Under the pieces are notes generated by a model, which did no database searches, had not been told where the DNA came from, and saw nothing but the letters and a program-made list of their open reading frames with translations. Below, in pieces: positions 24,585 through 37,945 of a DNA stretch of 64,000 nt; position 1 is the stretch's first letter, and each line of letters starts with the position of its first letter. The DNA is from Octopus vulgaris. Its lineage: Eukaryota. Where the stretch lies: assembly GCA_951406725.2 (NCBI GenBank), contig OX597817.1, forward strand, positions 16,244,001 through 16,308,000, written 5' to 3'. A program made the translations under genes and the position numbers.

Positions 24585-25270
24585 CTATGCTAGCACGGCC
24601 CCATTCATTCTCAACTTCCTTACTACAGACGTCCATCTTTTCTGGAACGTACTTTGCGACAGGTACTTTTTCTCCAGACGAATCTTTCTTGTCAGGTGGA
24701 AGTTGAAATAGCTTACCAACCGGTACTCGGGGATGAAGTGACCTGTCACAATCCCCTTTGCTCGTGTAGTCCATACTGTTTCTTTCAGTATGGCTACTAC
24801 ACAGAAAAACGATGCCTTCTTTTCCTTGTTGAAGGAAGAAGGCGGTACGATCTTAATCATGGACTCAGTCGAGAGCCATACTCTTTCCGCATCCAACATC
24901 AGTTGTTCGACATAGGCTATCAACTCATTCAACTCCTCACAGTGTACGAAGGCATGCGCGACAGTTTCACTGGCGCGCCCACACAGGACACGTGGGGGAG
25001 GTGCCAATACCGTGTCTAGACAACCTCTTTCGAACCGGCAATGCCGATCGGTAGCACAACCAGGCCAAGGATTTCTGGAAGTTATCCAGATACCTCGGCT
25101 CGAATGTACTTCTGAACAGGTTGGTCATTGGCTCCTCATCGGAGCCCAGAGTCTTCCCCAGGACATCGTCGGACTTATGCTCTACCAACCATCTATAAAA
25201 ATCCGCTGCCGGTATTGCTCGCCCTAGAGAACAGAGTGAGTGCTTGTCTGCACTCCCTCTGCCATTCCCC
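24585..25270 (-). pseudogene. L1/Tx1-clade LINE ORF2 C-terminal fragment (zf-RVT-like)
   Basis: KSLAWLCYRSALPVRKRL..TCPV / CG..ETVAHAFVHC with a frameshift. Confidence 0.85.
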
Positions 25271-25500
25271 CCTTCCTAGGTCTCTGCTTGATCCATGTAC
25301 CTAAGTTCTCAAGGGACTTCAGTTGTGGAAAAAGTCGTTTGTCATGAGGCCTACGAGAAATCGAAATGATCTGGGCTTTAAGGAACTTGAATGCAAAAGT
25401 GTTTCTTTTATAATGATTTTAATATACCCATATACACGCATACATAATAGAATTTATATACTTCAATCTGCGCATGTACTGACCGCTTGTGTAGTGCGTA

Positions 25501-25535
<35 letters not shown>

Positions 25536-25541
<6 letters not shown>

Positions 25542-25907
25542 AAATCCGTTCTGTCTGTCTGTGTGTGTGTCTTCTAGGATCTTGGACATCCTCCATCCGA
25601 TTGCGTTCAAATTTGATATGTAGATACCGACGGTATCAGGGCGTGTATAAGTTTTGAAAAAATTACAAAAATCAATTCCAGGTGAGAATGCGATCGATAA
25701 AGCCGCGGGAATGTGCATTTGTAAATCCGTTTTTCTTGGAATAGAAAAAAGTCTATCTTTATTTCTTCTTTTGCTGGTGTCTCAAATTTAGGTTAAATCA
25801 GTGTTTCTCAAAGGGGAGGCCTACAGGACGGTCGGACAAGTTGTTTTGAGAAAATTTAGTTTAAATGTTTGACAACTCAGCACCGTCCATTGGACGGGGG
25901 CGTTTTG

Positions 25908-25911
<4 letters not shown>
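25536..25911 (+). mobile_element. Helitron-like H2, in TA tracts
   Basis: Matches 13850-14211. Confidence 0.72.
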
Positions 25912-25950
<39 letters not shown>

Positions 25951-25954
<4 letters not shown>

Positions 25955-26290
25955 AAATATTAGGGAATAAATCCAAACTTACAGGGAAAAATCAGATTTA
26001 GGATTGAATCCAATTTTATAGTAAAATATTATATTATATTAAATTAGAAATAAAACCACTATTAGGCAAATCATACAATGAAAAACTTAAGCCAATACAT
26101 AAGATTAATTCATTTATATTATTTTAAATATATATCAAAATTATTAAAAAAAGATAATTAGTATAACTTTTTTTAATAATTTTGATATATATTTAAAATA
26201 ATATAAATTAATTAATCTTATGTATTGGCTTAAGTTTTTCATTGTATGATTTGCCTAATAGTAGTTTTATCTCTAATTTAATATAATATA
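25951..26290. mobile_element. TA-embedded palindromic insert (AT-rich, not family S)
   Basis: Arms ~26031-26153 / 26167-26290, with an 80-bp unpaired tail on the left. Confidence 0.8.
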
Positions 26291-26620
26291 TATATATATA
26301 TGGAAAGAGAGAGAGAGAGGGGAGGGGTAAATTTTAGGATAAAAGAATATGTTTGTTACCAGATAATGGTTTTCCTATAGCTAATGGCTATTGTTCAGAG
26401 AGATACTAAAGTGTGCATGACTAAAATAACACGAGATTTCTCAACTACTTATTAACATGTTGGAAGGCAACAAAGAGATGTTAATGAGAAACAGCCAAAG
26501 AAAAGAATTAATATTCCTTAATTTTTTCCTATTAACTATCATCATCATCATCATATTCATCTCCTTTTCATTTATTGCTTGCTCGCTTATCATGCTTGAA
26601 AAATATTTAATAAAATGACG

Positions 26621-26777
26621 AGTGACTGTGTGGTAAGTAGCTTGCCTACCAACCACATGGTTCTGGGTTCAGTCCCACTGCGTGGCATCTTGGGCAAGTG
26701 TCTTCTACTATAGCCTCGGGCCGACCAAAGCCTTGTGAGTGGATTTGGTAGACGGAAACTGAAAGAAGCCTGTCGTA

Positions 26778-26826
<49 letters not shown>

Positions 26827-27050
26827 TTGTGTGTTTGTGTGTCTGTGTTTGTCCCTCTAGCATTGCTTGACAACCGAGGCTGGTGTGTTTACGTCCCCGT
26901 CACTTAGCGGTTCGGCAAAAGAGACCGATAGAATAAGTACTGGGCTTACAAAAGAATAAGTCCCGGGATCGATTTGCTCGACTAAAGGCGGTGCTCCAGC
27001 ATGGCCGCAGTCAAATGACTGAAACATGTAAAAGAGTAAAGAGAGAGAGA
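26621..27050 (+). mobile_element. SINE family A
   Basis: Head and tail intact. Confidence 0.92.
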
Positions 27051-27166
27051 GTATACCATCAAACAATTATGCCCCCGCATAAAACACTTTATAAATATTT
27101 ATAACTGATTACACGCGCGCGCGCGCACACACGTATGTATGTATGTATGTATGTATGTATGTTAGC

Positions 27167-27731
27167 TCAGGTCGCTACTGGTAACATGTAACCCAGTACA
27201 ACATGTTGCATGGTCGGGTCATCAGCTACTAAACTGGCAAGCCCATTAAGCTTGGCGTGGAGGGTGATTGTTGGACACCCTGCAAGACAAAAAATAAGAC
27301 CTGTGAAAGGGCGGAAGAGGTCCTGAGCAGTCAACGACCTTCAAACAATATGTGTACATGTGTATGTATGCATGTATGTATGCGCGGGGACGTGGAAATA
27401 CCTAGGTTGGTGTACAAACGCGCGGTTGGCCCCATTGATTGTGGGAGGCCTCTCTGTTGTCACAACATCTCTCTAGGAGAGGAAAACTCTGACAGAAAAC
27501 CTGCGGCACTGACAATATTCGATGATGTAGACTAGTTCTTCTTTTCGTGTTTATGATGACCATGTTCAGCGAGTCGGATTGGATTTGTGCAAACCCTTTC
27601 CCCATAATCATGGAGAGGCATCACTTAAAAAAAGTAAGACCTATCACAAAAGTGGCTGGTCATAGCCTTCGCATGTGTGGGACTTTCGATCAGGCGATGG
27701 CAATGCTTGAACACGAATTTTCAGTTGCCAT
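27167..27731 (+). mobile_element. Family D element, diverged
   Basis: Colinear with 3281-3835; (TATG)n on both sides. Confidence 0.75.
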
Positions 27732-27959
27732 GTATGTATATATGTATGTATGAATGGATGGATGGATGGATGGATGGATGGATGGATGGGATGGATGGAT
27801 GGATGGATTGATGGATGTCTCTTCTCTATTTAATCATTTAAATTCTTCCTCTGAAGAAGGAGCTGATTTCTTACAAAAATACAAAGTTCAATCTTTATAA
27901 TGTAAATAACGCAAACAATGTTACGTTTTAAACCTGAGAAAAGTCTCTCATAGTTTTAC

Positions 27960-29690
27960 CGTTCCGCTTACAGATTGTATCTGTAATGAGCGAATCAGTT
28001 GATTGATTTCGTTTTCTGAAAATCCAAGCTTATCCAGACTGACAGTTAGACATTTACTTACCATTCCAACTGCTCTCATTATTATTGGTGTAAATGTAAA
28101 TTTTAAATTCGGATATAGAAGCTGAAGGTTTCAAAGCAGTTGTCCATAGTTATCTTCTTTCAATTTGATTTTCAAAGAGAAATTCACATCAGCGGAACAT
28201 CTGACCTCTATGACACTACATACTTTATCTTTTCTATCCCAAATAACAATATCCGGCCAGTTGTTTTTACACTGGACAGATGTTTTGATGGGAATATTCC
28301 ACCTGTGCTTGTAAACCTTGTGCTAGTATTTAGGTACGTATTCAATAACAGGGAGGGGGTCTCTATATTTATTCCTGGACAGTCTTTTTCTCAAATGGTA
28401 TTGTATATTGTTTTTGCAACAGCGTCATGTCGCATAGGGAAGTAGTACCTTGATAACATTTTGGGGCAGCTGCTAATCACGTGTGATGCCTTCTACAGAA
28501 ATATGACATAATCTACATTCACTGTTGCATCTTGGAACTCCACGGGCTTCACTGACTCTTTTGTTGATTAGAGATTTAATAGTAATCTCCTGCTCTTGGA
28601 TTACAAATGCATAGCCTTCAAAATGTAATGTGATGTATCGGTCACGTGTCCAAGAGAAGCTTTGCGTCAAGTCAATGTTACTATTTTCTTCAAGTCTACG
28701 AGAAACATACCCATGCATGGTCTTTTTTTTTTATATGCTGAGCGTTTCACTTCTAGGTCATTCCGAAAAGCTCTACCTGCGACGATTTCATCTCAATCGA
28801 AGGAGAGGAGCTTTCTCCGTCCGGGTTGCGGATCCGTGGAACAAGCTGCCAGACGAGATGGTGAAGATGCCGACGACCGCTTTGTTCAAAGCCTCCCTTG
28901 ACCTCAAGTGGCCTGAACTCTTTACATGAACACCACCCTGTACTTAACTCCATGTCCCACTACATGGCCTTGCTATTTGCTTTTGAGCCAAATTAACTAA
29001 CTAACTAACTAACTAGGTCTTCTTTGAAATATGCTTGCCCGGCTGATCTGGGGTTGTGAGAGAGATCATCAGGAAGAGAGTACTTCCTGGGGAACTCACT
29101 TCCAACACATACGATATTGTTTCCTTCATTTTTCAGCAGTAAGTTAATGTATTTATTTTTGCTGTTGTTGTTTAGCAAGTGCTGTCTGAGAGAGTCCATG
29201 CGACATTCGAAAGGTGTCTGCACTAATCTCTAGCCCTTACCTTCTTTATCTCTTCTTAGATAGAGCCTGTCGATATCCTTATTTTTGTGGAGATTTCCAT
29301 TTGCTGCTAGAATCTAATGGGCTTTAATTCTATGGAGTGGATTTCTTCTACTGACCAGTCAAGTATCCCGGATGTTAGAATCAGCACTGGTACTGAAAGT
29401 GCATTGTGGGATATTGTCTTGTTGTAAGAGGAGAGTTCGGACCGCCATATTTTTCTTAGCCTGGTGTAATATTTTTGGGTTACTCTATCTTTATGTACCT
29501 TGGTATGATATGATTTGTAGCATTTTTTTTTTTTTTTTGTGGGACAGGAAAGATAGTGAGACATTGATGTACAGGTTTTGTGTCTTGGAGACTGATTTTT
29601 CCCGTTCAGCAATTAAATAAGAAGATTTCTCCTGGCCAAATTCTGTTCCTATGTCAACTGAAAATGTTATTAATTCCAGTTGTTTTTGTG
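27960..29690 (-). pseudogene. R4/Dong-like (restriction-like endonuclease) non-LTR retrotransposon remnant
   Basis: RLRKIWRSELSSYNK..VPVL..GILDWS; EGYAFVIQEQEI; CRLC zinc knuckle; RHDAVAK; NRPDIV-like and IEV motifs. Confidence 0.8.
28735..29013 (+). mobile_element. CR1-like LINE 3' fragment inside the R4-like remnant
   Basis: HSEKL..RRGAFSVRVADPWNKLP..FKASLD; (ACTA)n tail. Confidence 0.85.
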
Positions 29691-30184
29691 GATGGATGGA
29701 TGGACGGACGGACGGACGGACGGACGGACGGACGGATGGATGGATGGATGGATGGATGGATGGATGGATGGATGGATGGATGGATGGATGGATGGATGGA
29801 TGGATGGATGGACGGACGGATGGATGGATGGATGGATGGATGGACGGACGGACGGATGGATGGATGGATGGATGGATGGATGGATGGATGGACGGATGGA
29901 TGGACGGATGGACGGACGGACGGATGGATGGATGGATGGATGGATGGATGGATGGATGGATGGATGGATGGATGGATGGATGGATGGATGGATGGATGGA
30001 TGGATGGATGGATGGACGGATGGACGGACGGACGGATGGATGGATGGACGGACGGACGGACGGACGGACGGATGGATGGATGGATGGATGGATGGATGGA
30101 TGGACGGACGGACGGATGGATGGATGGATGGATGGATGGATGGACGGACGGACGGATGGATGGATGGATGGATGGATGGATGGA
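29688..30184. repeat. ~500-bp (GGAT/GGAC)n tetranucleotide array
   Basis: Direct reading; shorter (GGAT)n at 27755-27816. Confidence 0.97.
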
Positions 30185-30457
30185 TTAGCCTATTTATCAA
30201 CAAAGTTACGAGCCATCGGAACTCAGGATTATGCAAAACGAAAAACGTCGTTGTGCACGGCATGTATGGCCGCGCGACAGCAACAGTCTCACGACCCTCT
30301 TTATACCCGATTTATGGCATAAAGGGCTTTCTGCACTGTTTTGATAATTCCTGTTTAACTTATTTTTATGTTGCATTTTAATAAACACCTCACACCAACA
30401 TATACGGGAAAATATACATAAATATCAACATTAACAAACATATATGTATCTGTTGGG

Positions 30458-30840
30458 TGGAAGCACTCCGTCGGTTACGACGACGAGGGTTCCGGTTGAT
30501 CCGAATCAACGGAACAGCCTGCTCGTGAAATTAACGTGTAAGTGGCTGAGCACTCCACAGACACGTGTACCCTTAACGTAGTTCTCGGGGATATTCAGCG
30601 TGACACAGAGAGTGACAAGGCCGGCCCTTTGAAATACAGGTACAACAGAAACAGGAAGTAAGAGTGAGAGAAAGTTGTGGTGAAAGAGTACAGCAGGGAT
30701 CACCACCATCCCCTGCCGGAGCCTCGTGGAGATTTAGGTGTTTTCGCTCAATAAACACTCACAACGCCCGGTCTGGGAATCGAAACCGCGATCCTACGAC
30801 CGCGAGTCCGCTGCCCTAACCACTGGGCCATTGCGCCTCC
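30458..30840 (-). mobile_element. SINE family B
   Basis: Near-identical to 8174-8558. Confidence 0.93.
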
Positions 30841-31702
30841 TTTTATGCATCTATAACAGTTCAAGCGCAAACAGCAACACATACACATGTCTATACATAC
30901 TCTTCTACAACAAATAAGGCAATTTGAATCTTCATCATATACTTTCAACCATCTGACCACATTGCTCATACACCTTTTGTCTGTTGCCAAGCAATTAGTC
31001 AGCTAGAAGCACCAGTAATTAAAAAAATCTACTTTACATTCCAGGACTTGCCAGAACAATTATAATTTTACAGGTAAAATATCTTAAATATTTTATTTTG
31101 TTGTGAACCAGTTTTGTCAACTCCTTCCAATACACCAGCGTCAACTTTACACCTAGGTCGCCAAGTAAACATATTTGATGTAAGTTTTTTTATATATACA
31201 TAAGCGTGTATGTTTCTGTGTACGTGCAAGTCTTTATAGTTATATATAAAGTGAATAAGTGCGATGATAAGAGATTTTATTATCTGAACGCAATGTCAAA
31301 AGAAAAATTTTTTTAATGAAACAACTTGATGTTAACTTTTTGATGTTAACTTTCTTTACGCCTACTCAATTACAACACTGTTCGGCTACATAATGGCTCT
31401 GTCACTCGGACAGTTAAGTTTTTGCATGGTTGAAGTAGTCTAATGATAGCAAAACAGCTCCAGAATTGTTTTCCGTATTTGCCGAAATGATTACAATGCT
31501 CTTAATTATGGAGCTATCGTTGTCTTTTCTTCTCCGCAAAAGTGAATTATTTAGATTTTAGATGTTCACTGTGTTAAGTACGCTGACACCTTCGAAAATA
31601 AATAAAGAAACAATTCATCTCTATAAATTGTACGTAAGATATGGAATATTTAAAGAAAAGAAAGCCAAAAGCCGCATTACTACACTACATATCTTATCAC
31701 TA

Positions 31703-32080
31703 GTGGAGGCGCAATGGCCCAGTGGTTAGGGCAGCGGACCCGCGGTCATAGGATCGCGGTTTCGATTCCCAGACCGGGCGTTGTGAGTGTTTATTGAGCG
31801 AAAACACCTAAAGTTCCACGAGGCTCCGGCAGGGGATGGTGGTGATCCCTGCTGTACTCTTTCACCACAACTTTCTCTCATTCTTACTTCCTGTTTCTGT
31901 TGTACCTGTATTTCAGGCCTTGTCACTCTCTGTGTCACGCTGAATACCCCCGAGAACTACGTTAAGGGTACACGTGTCTGTGGAGTGCTCAGCCACTTAC
32001 ACGTTAATTTCACGAGCAGGCTGTTCCGTTGATTCGGATCAACCGGAACCCTTGTCGTCGTAACCGACGGAGTGCTTCCA
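31703..32080 (+). mobile_element. SINE family B
   Basis: TSD atcttatcacta. Confidence 0.93.
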
Positions 32081-32147
32081 GATCTTATCACTATATTCAG
32101 AACGCTTGCAGGAGTTTATGGGGTGGAAGAAACACCATTTATATTTG

Positions 32148-32350
32148 CGGGCGAAATGCGTAGCCGTATTTCGTCTGTCGTTACGTTCCGAGTTCAAATT
32201 CCGCCGAGGTCGACTTTGCTTTTCATCATTTCGGGGTCTATAAATTAACTACCAGTTACGCACTGGGGTCGATGTAATCGACTTAATCCGTTTGTCTGTC
32301 CTTGTTTGTCATCCTCTGTGTTTAGCCCCTTGTGGGTAGTAAAGAAATAT
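32148..32350 (+). mobile_element. SINE family C, 5' clipped
   Basis: Conserved core and tail. Confidence 0.88.
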
Positions 32351-32357
32351 ATATTTA

Positions 32358-32739
32358 CTAGCAGTATCGCCCGGCGTTGCTCGGGTTTGTAAGGGAAATA
32401 ACTATAAAGCATTTTTAGAGAGTTATAGCCAAAAAATGCATTAAAAATGGAAAAAAAATGATGGTAAATTTTTTTTAAATCGTTGATTCATCGTAAACAT
32501 TTTTAGAGAGTTACTTCCCTTATATTTTAAAAAATATGCATTAAAATGGAAAAAATGATGGTAAATTATTTTTAAAATCGTAGACTCGTCGTAGACGCGC
32601 GCTAATACCCAGAAGGGCTTGATATGAATCATGACTATAAGATACCCGGTTTTGCTTAAACTGCACCGCAAAATGTGGGAGTAGTTAGGAATCTAAATCG
32701 GAGTAGACAGACACACAACCTTTCTTTTATATATAAAGA
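32358..32739 (-). mobile_element. Helitron H1
   Basis: a|ctag ... aaaga|t termini. Confidence 0.9.
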
Positions 32740-34172
32740 TATCATTATTCATTGAAGAAGCCAAATACCCACGTACCTTTGGTATTAAACTACCAGCTCA
32801 TAAGTCTTAAAATCATATTCGCAACAAATATTTCGTTAAGCTCCACGTTGTAAAAAAAGGAAAAAAGTAAAGAAAGAATATAACAGTCCACTATTGAGTG
32901 TTTCCTCTTCATGCCTGAAGGTTTTTAATTGCGTCACTAACTGGTTAATGCTGCCCAGCTAATTTGACGCTAACCACTGCTCTGTTAATCTTAATACTCA
33001 TTCTTCCTACTTGAGTGGACTGGGACAACTCAAGGAACGTGCCTATCGGACCGAGAATTGAACCCATTACCTTGTGAGCGAGAATCCAGTTGCTTAACCA
33101 TTACACCACGCGCATTCGTCTCTCGTGCTACGTTGTTATTTCCCCCTACCATATTATGTAGGAAATCAGGCATCCAGTGGATCACGCTTTAAGGAAACAT
33201 TGGTGGTCATTGTGGTGGGAGAAGGACTCAATGGCATAAAGTAGGCAGCTGTTTATGGCTGTTTCGGTGGCCAACGAGATATTGAAATTGAGAGCGTTAG
33301 AACGGTAATTGGCAGTTTTAATGAAACCGTCTGTTGAGGGAAATAAAAGCTGATTTCATTGCAAGCGCAGCGTTAAAACCATTTGTCTCGTAAGGTTGAA
33401 GTTATTGAATTAATTTCTATCCTTGACATCTATACATCCGTGAAAGTGTCGTGGGTAGGATCGATAAAGGAGAATTGAAAGAGGCTTTGTTAGTTGTGTG
33501 CAGAGTGGAATTAAATATAAAGCATGCAGCAAATGTGGTTTTATCTCCAAATGCATCATTTACATCATTTCCGTTGAACAAAGCAAAATTTTGAGAACCT
33601 GGCCCTTATATCCAGAAAGTCAGATCAAACAACCAGATTATAATTTAGAAGGCGTGATAGCTTGCAAAGTTGTATGATGTATGATGATATCAATTAGCTT
33701 TCCTGCCTTCATTACTAATTCTACACTCCAAGTTGATGATGGTGGGAAATTTCCTCCCGCTATTACAATGCAGTGTTCGGTACCCGCAAGTCGCAATTCT
33801 GCTGTAAGTGAATTACTTCGCGACTAATAAAAGAAGATGTCGTCTGAGAAATGTAAAAGTAGGCGATATTATGGCTTTAGTTGCCTGTTTAACTGCCTCG
33901 AACGAGTCAGAAAGGCAGTACATTTTCTGCTAAGATAGCCAGCATGACCATTTCGCTAACTTTAAATGCCTGGGATTTAAAAGTAGATGCTGATATGAAA
34001 GAAAGGTAACGTGAGGTAAGTTGCCTTGATTTAGAAAACAGTTCAATGGAAGTAGAAACTGCGCTGTTGAAGTTGTAGCAATATTGTTTTCTTCATTGCT
34101 ATCTTCACCGTTTGAGAGAAATATTAAGAATGATCTCGTTGAGATTATAAACATCTTTGGCTAGTTTAACCT

Positions 34173-34580
34173 TGTTGTGTCCACTATTTTGATTGGTTAG
34201 CATCTAAGCGCGGTCTGTCTCTCTACTTACTTCGCGCCAGTGTGTAAACTGACCAATCACGGCTTTCGGATAGGACTTTTCATTTGAGCCATCTCAACTC
34301 TTTAAATAGGCTGATATAGCACGATTCCCTGTCTTTTGGCTTAAGACCCTTTAAGGTCTTAGTCGGAGACCACACAGAGACAAACACGTGTTGCATGCAC
34401 ACACGCACACACGCACTTGCTAGCACTCACAACCTTCTAACCTTAATACCAATTGTAAATAAAATATTGTCTAAATAAAATATTGTCTAAACAGTGGAAC
34501 GGCTTGTCGTCAATTCACTTATGTTCTTTTGGTACTGCATTGTAATTATGGCTTATAATAATTCGTTAAGAATATAACCA
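34173..34580 (+). mobile_element. Solo-LTR-like element
   Basis: Starts TGTTGTG; inverted CCAAT boxes, TATA-like tttaaata, AATAAA; homologous to 35396 onward; 3' end uncertain. Confidence 0.45.
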
Positions 34581-35395
34581 CGTGCGATCGTATTCCCTAC
34601 ACAATGCGACCACGTGTGTTCATATTTCTTACAAAGTAAAACATTAGGTTTAAAGTTAATAATGAAGTTAAGATTGGTGTATTAGTTAGGGTTAGAGACA
34701 GGCACTGGTGCACACCCGTAAACACTGTAACTTCCCTGTCGGTAGTACAGGAAAATGAGTGTAACGGCATATGTGAGGTGGAGTTAGTAGTCACCAATTG
34801 TAACGGTAAATGTAATGATGTATGTCGAGGTCGGCAGTTACCAATTGTAATGGTTGATGTTGCAGATGTGCAAGACGAAAGAAGAACAGTGATCGAAGTT
34901 GTTAGCAAATGTTTATTACCAATACTTTGTAAACAGCCAAATCACGATGGGTTGGTATGATATAATGTAATTCGTAAAGCATGCGAGGTAAAGAGAGATA
35001 TCGTAGATTTTTCTTATATAGGTGTGTCTGTGTTCTCGGCATTGTGTAGTAGTAAACCACAGATAGAGATAGGGTAATGTTGTAAAGAAGAGAAATGAGC
35101 TAGTGAGAGAGAGAGTGGAGAGGGAAGTAAAACATCATAACTGCTGACCGCCACACAGGAACGTCCTCTTTCTTCCCCGGCCAGGTTGCTTCTAGTGTTA
35201 GTCGCTGATTTTGCTTTACAGAGTTCTCGTATTTATAATTATACAAAACTAGCTAGAAAAATATGTATATTACGGAGAACAATAGACTTAGTTGGGGGTC
35301 GACCTGTTATCTTGTAGTGGACTCTCTCACTCTCTATTATATATACATAAGTACAGACGTAGTGGATAACAGCTAGCCTTCGGACGCTTGGACCC

Positions 35396-36320
35396 TGTTG
35401 TGTTCACTACTCTGATTGGTTGGTATTGGCGCAATTTGTCTCTCGCTCTGTTACGCGCCAATGTGCAACCCAACCAATCGCAGCCTTCTGATAAGGTTAC
35501 GTGAGACAGTCTCTTCCAAACATTCCAGTGACCCGATAGTACACTAGTACACTATAAAACAGTAGCTTCAACACCGTCTGGATGTCAGTCGGTTCCAGAC
35601 CCTTTTAGGTCTAGCCGCTGACCACACAGTACACAGCCAGGTCCAGCGACAGCACACCAGCAGCCACAAGGGAGACTTACCAACACTCGACCAACAGCAT
35701 ACGGCTATCTCCGTCTTCGTCATCTTAACGTCATCAACAACATCTCACTACGTACACAGAAACCAGCAACACTCGCTCAAGTTTATCTCTTCACTGTTTG
35801 TGAATTACTTCACCATGGTTAACAGCATGTACAACCTGTGAGAACTCCTGAATAAAGTGACCGGCAGTAGTATAGTAGTCACAGCTTCACGCACGACATG
35901 TGCCTCAACCGGTTCTGCTCCTTCGCCTCAACTTCTTGTTACAGCACTTCACTATCGTGTACCTTGACTACGAACTGGTATTTATTCATCTTTGTGTCTG
36001 AACATTCTTCTAGCGTCCATTATAGACTCTTTCATTGCTCTGTACTTATCACACACGCATTCAACTATGCACACACATACACATTATGTATACATGACGG
36101 CCTGCCTATTGTTACTATTATTATGCATATATGACGCACACACAGACACACATCATAACCTATCAATAAAATCTTCTCTTAACATTCTACCGGTTATGTC
36201 GTCTCTTTTCCTTCTGGCATTTGTACTACATTCATACTTTTCCTACTTATTGTAATCGACCGTGTGGTGTATTAAAGGAGCCATTCATCGTCACCTCTTC
36301 TTCGCACGGTCGTTCTACAA
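35396..36320 (+). mobile_element. Solo-LTR-like element, longer relative
   Basis: Starts TGTTGTG; gattggtt..aaccaatc, tataaaa, agacc..ggtct hairpin, AATAAA; 3' end uncertain. Confidence 0.45.
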
Positions 36321-36815
36321 TCTCAATTCTAACTTTTCATGGCCTAGAAGAGGTTGGAAGGGTCAAGTGGCAAAGCCATATGATCAATCTCACTGCTATC
36401 ACTATTGTTTTTCTGTGTGAAAAATGCTGTTGCAATGTTTAGGGAAATTGGCAGATTCCGGTTCGAATTTACTCTATGCCTAAATGAAGTCAATACATGA
36501 GAATTAAAAAAGAGAATAAATCGAAATGCCACTGTTACTAGTCAGCCTCAATATTTGGGATGGGTTTGTATGAAATAATCTGTTTTGTGTTGGTTGAGGA
36601 ACTGACGAAATCATAAGCGCATGTTTATCTTAAGGTTAAGTGAATGACAAAAGCACGAGTAAAATGAAAATTAATGAAAGGACAAGGTACTAATCAAACC
36701 CGGAATAACAATGGAGAAAGACTGAATGCGAATGAAAGATATTAAGTAGGTTAGATGAGATGTATTAACTTCATCTTGCTTTAAACGAGATGAGATAAAG
36801 AAACTATCTTAATAT

Positions 36816-36982
36816 AGTGGCTGTGTGGTAAGTAGCTTGCTTACCAACCACATAGTTCCGAGTTCAGTCCCACTGCGTGGCATCTTGGGCAAGTGTCTTC
36901 TGCTATAGCCCCGGGCCGACCAATGCCTTGTGAGTGGATTTGGTAGACGGAAACTGAAAGAAGCCTGTCGTATATATATATT

Positions 36983-37025
<43 letters not shown>

Positions 37026-37241
37026 TTGTGTGTTTGTGTTTGTCCCCCAAGCATTGCTTGACAACCGATGCTGGTGTGTTTACGTCCCCGTCACTTAGCG
37101 GTTCGGCAAAAAGAGACCGATAGAATAAGTACTGGGCTTACAGAAAAGAATAAGTCCCGGGGTCGATTTGCTCGACTAAAGGCGGTGCTCCAGCATGGCC
37201 GCAGTCGAATGACTGAAACAAGTAATAGAGAGTAAAGAGAG
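36816..37241 (+). mobile_element. SINE family A
   Basis: Head and tail intact. Confidence 0.92.
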
Positions 37242-37552
37242 TATACTGAAATAACAGAAAAATAATGAATTTTTTTTTATGGAAGTCTCAATCTGACTTC
37301 TCGAATACGAGAAAAGAACTTTTTGAATTATAATAACTATAATAGATGTAAATCTATCAATATTTTGTAAATGATATTGTAATATTTCTGTATAGTATTA
37401 TTGTGCCGTATTGACTATAAATTAAACCGTTCTGTTGCCTAGTAAAAAATAAACTGTTGTTTTTAATGGCAGACCGAATTTGCTCCAATACTGTTGTCAT
37501 CCATTATCTTAAGCGGGCGAAAGCACTCTCACATTTATGAATTATTTAGAAA

Positions 37553-37945
37553 CTAGCAGTATCGTCCGGCGTTGCTCGGGTTTGTAAGGGAAATAACTAT
37601 AAAGCATTTTTAGAGAGTTATAGCCAAAAAATAGCAAAAAGTGCATTAAAAATGGAAAAAATTATGGTAATTTTTTTTAAATCGTTGACTCATCGTAGAC
37701 ATTTTTAGAGAGTTACTTCCCTTTATTTAAAAAATATGCGTTAAAATGGAAAAAAAATTATGGTAAATTATTTTTAAAATTGTAGACTCATCGTAGACGC
37801 GCGCTAATACCCAGAAGGGCTCGATATGAATCACGACTATAAGATACCCGCTTTTGGTTAAACTGCGCCGCAAAATGTGGGAGTAGTTAGGAATCTAAAT
37901 CGAAGGGGACAGACACTCACACAACTACAGTTTTATGTATAAAGA
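37553..37945 (-). mobile_element. Helitron H1
   Basis: a|ctag ... aaaga|t termini. Confidence 0.9.

Noticed and set aside
29580-30381. 200+ aa DGWM-repeat ORFs
   Set aside because: Stop-free (GGAT/GGAC)n array open in several frames
33130-34150. Possible decayed retroelement coding sequence next to the LTR-like unit
   Set aside because: No recognisable gag or pol motif in the frames I read
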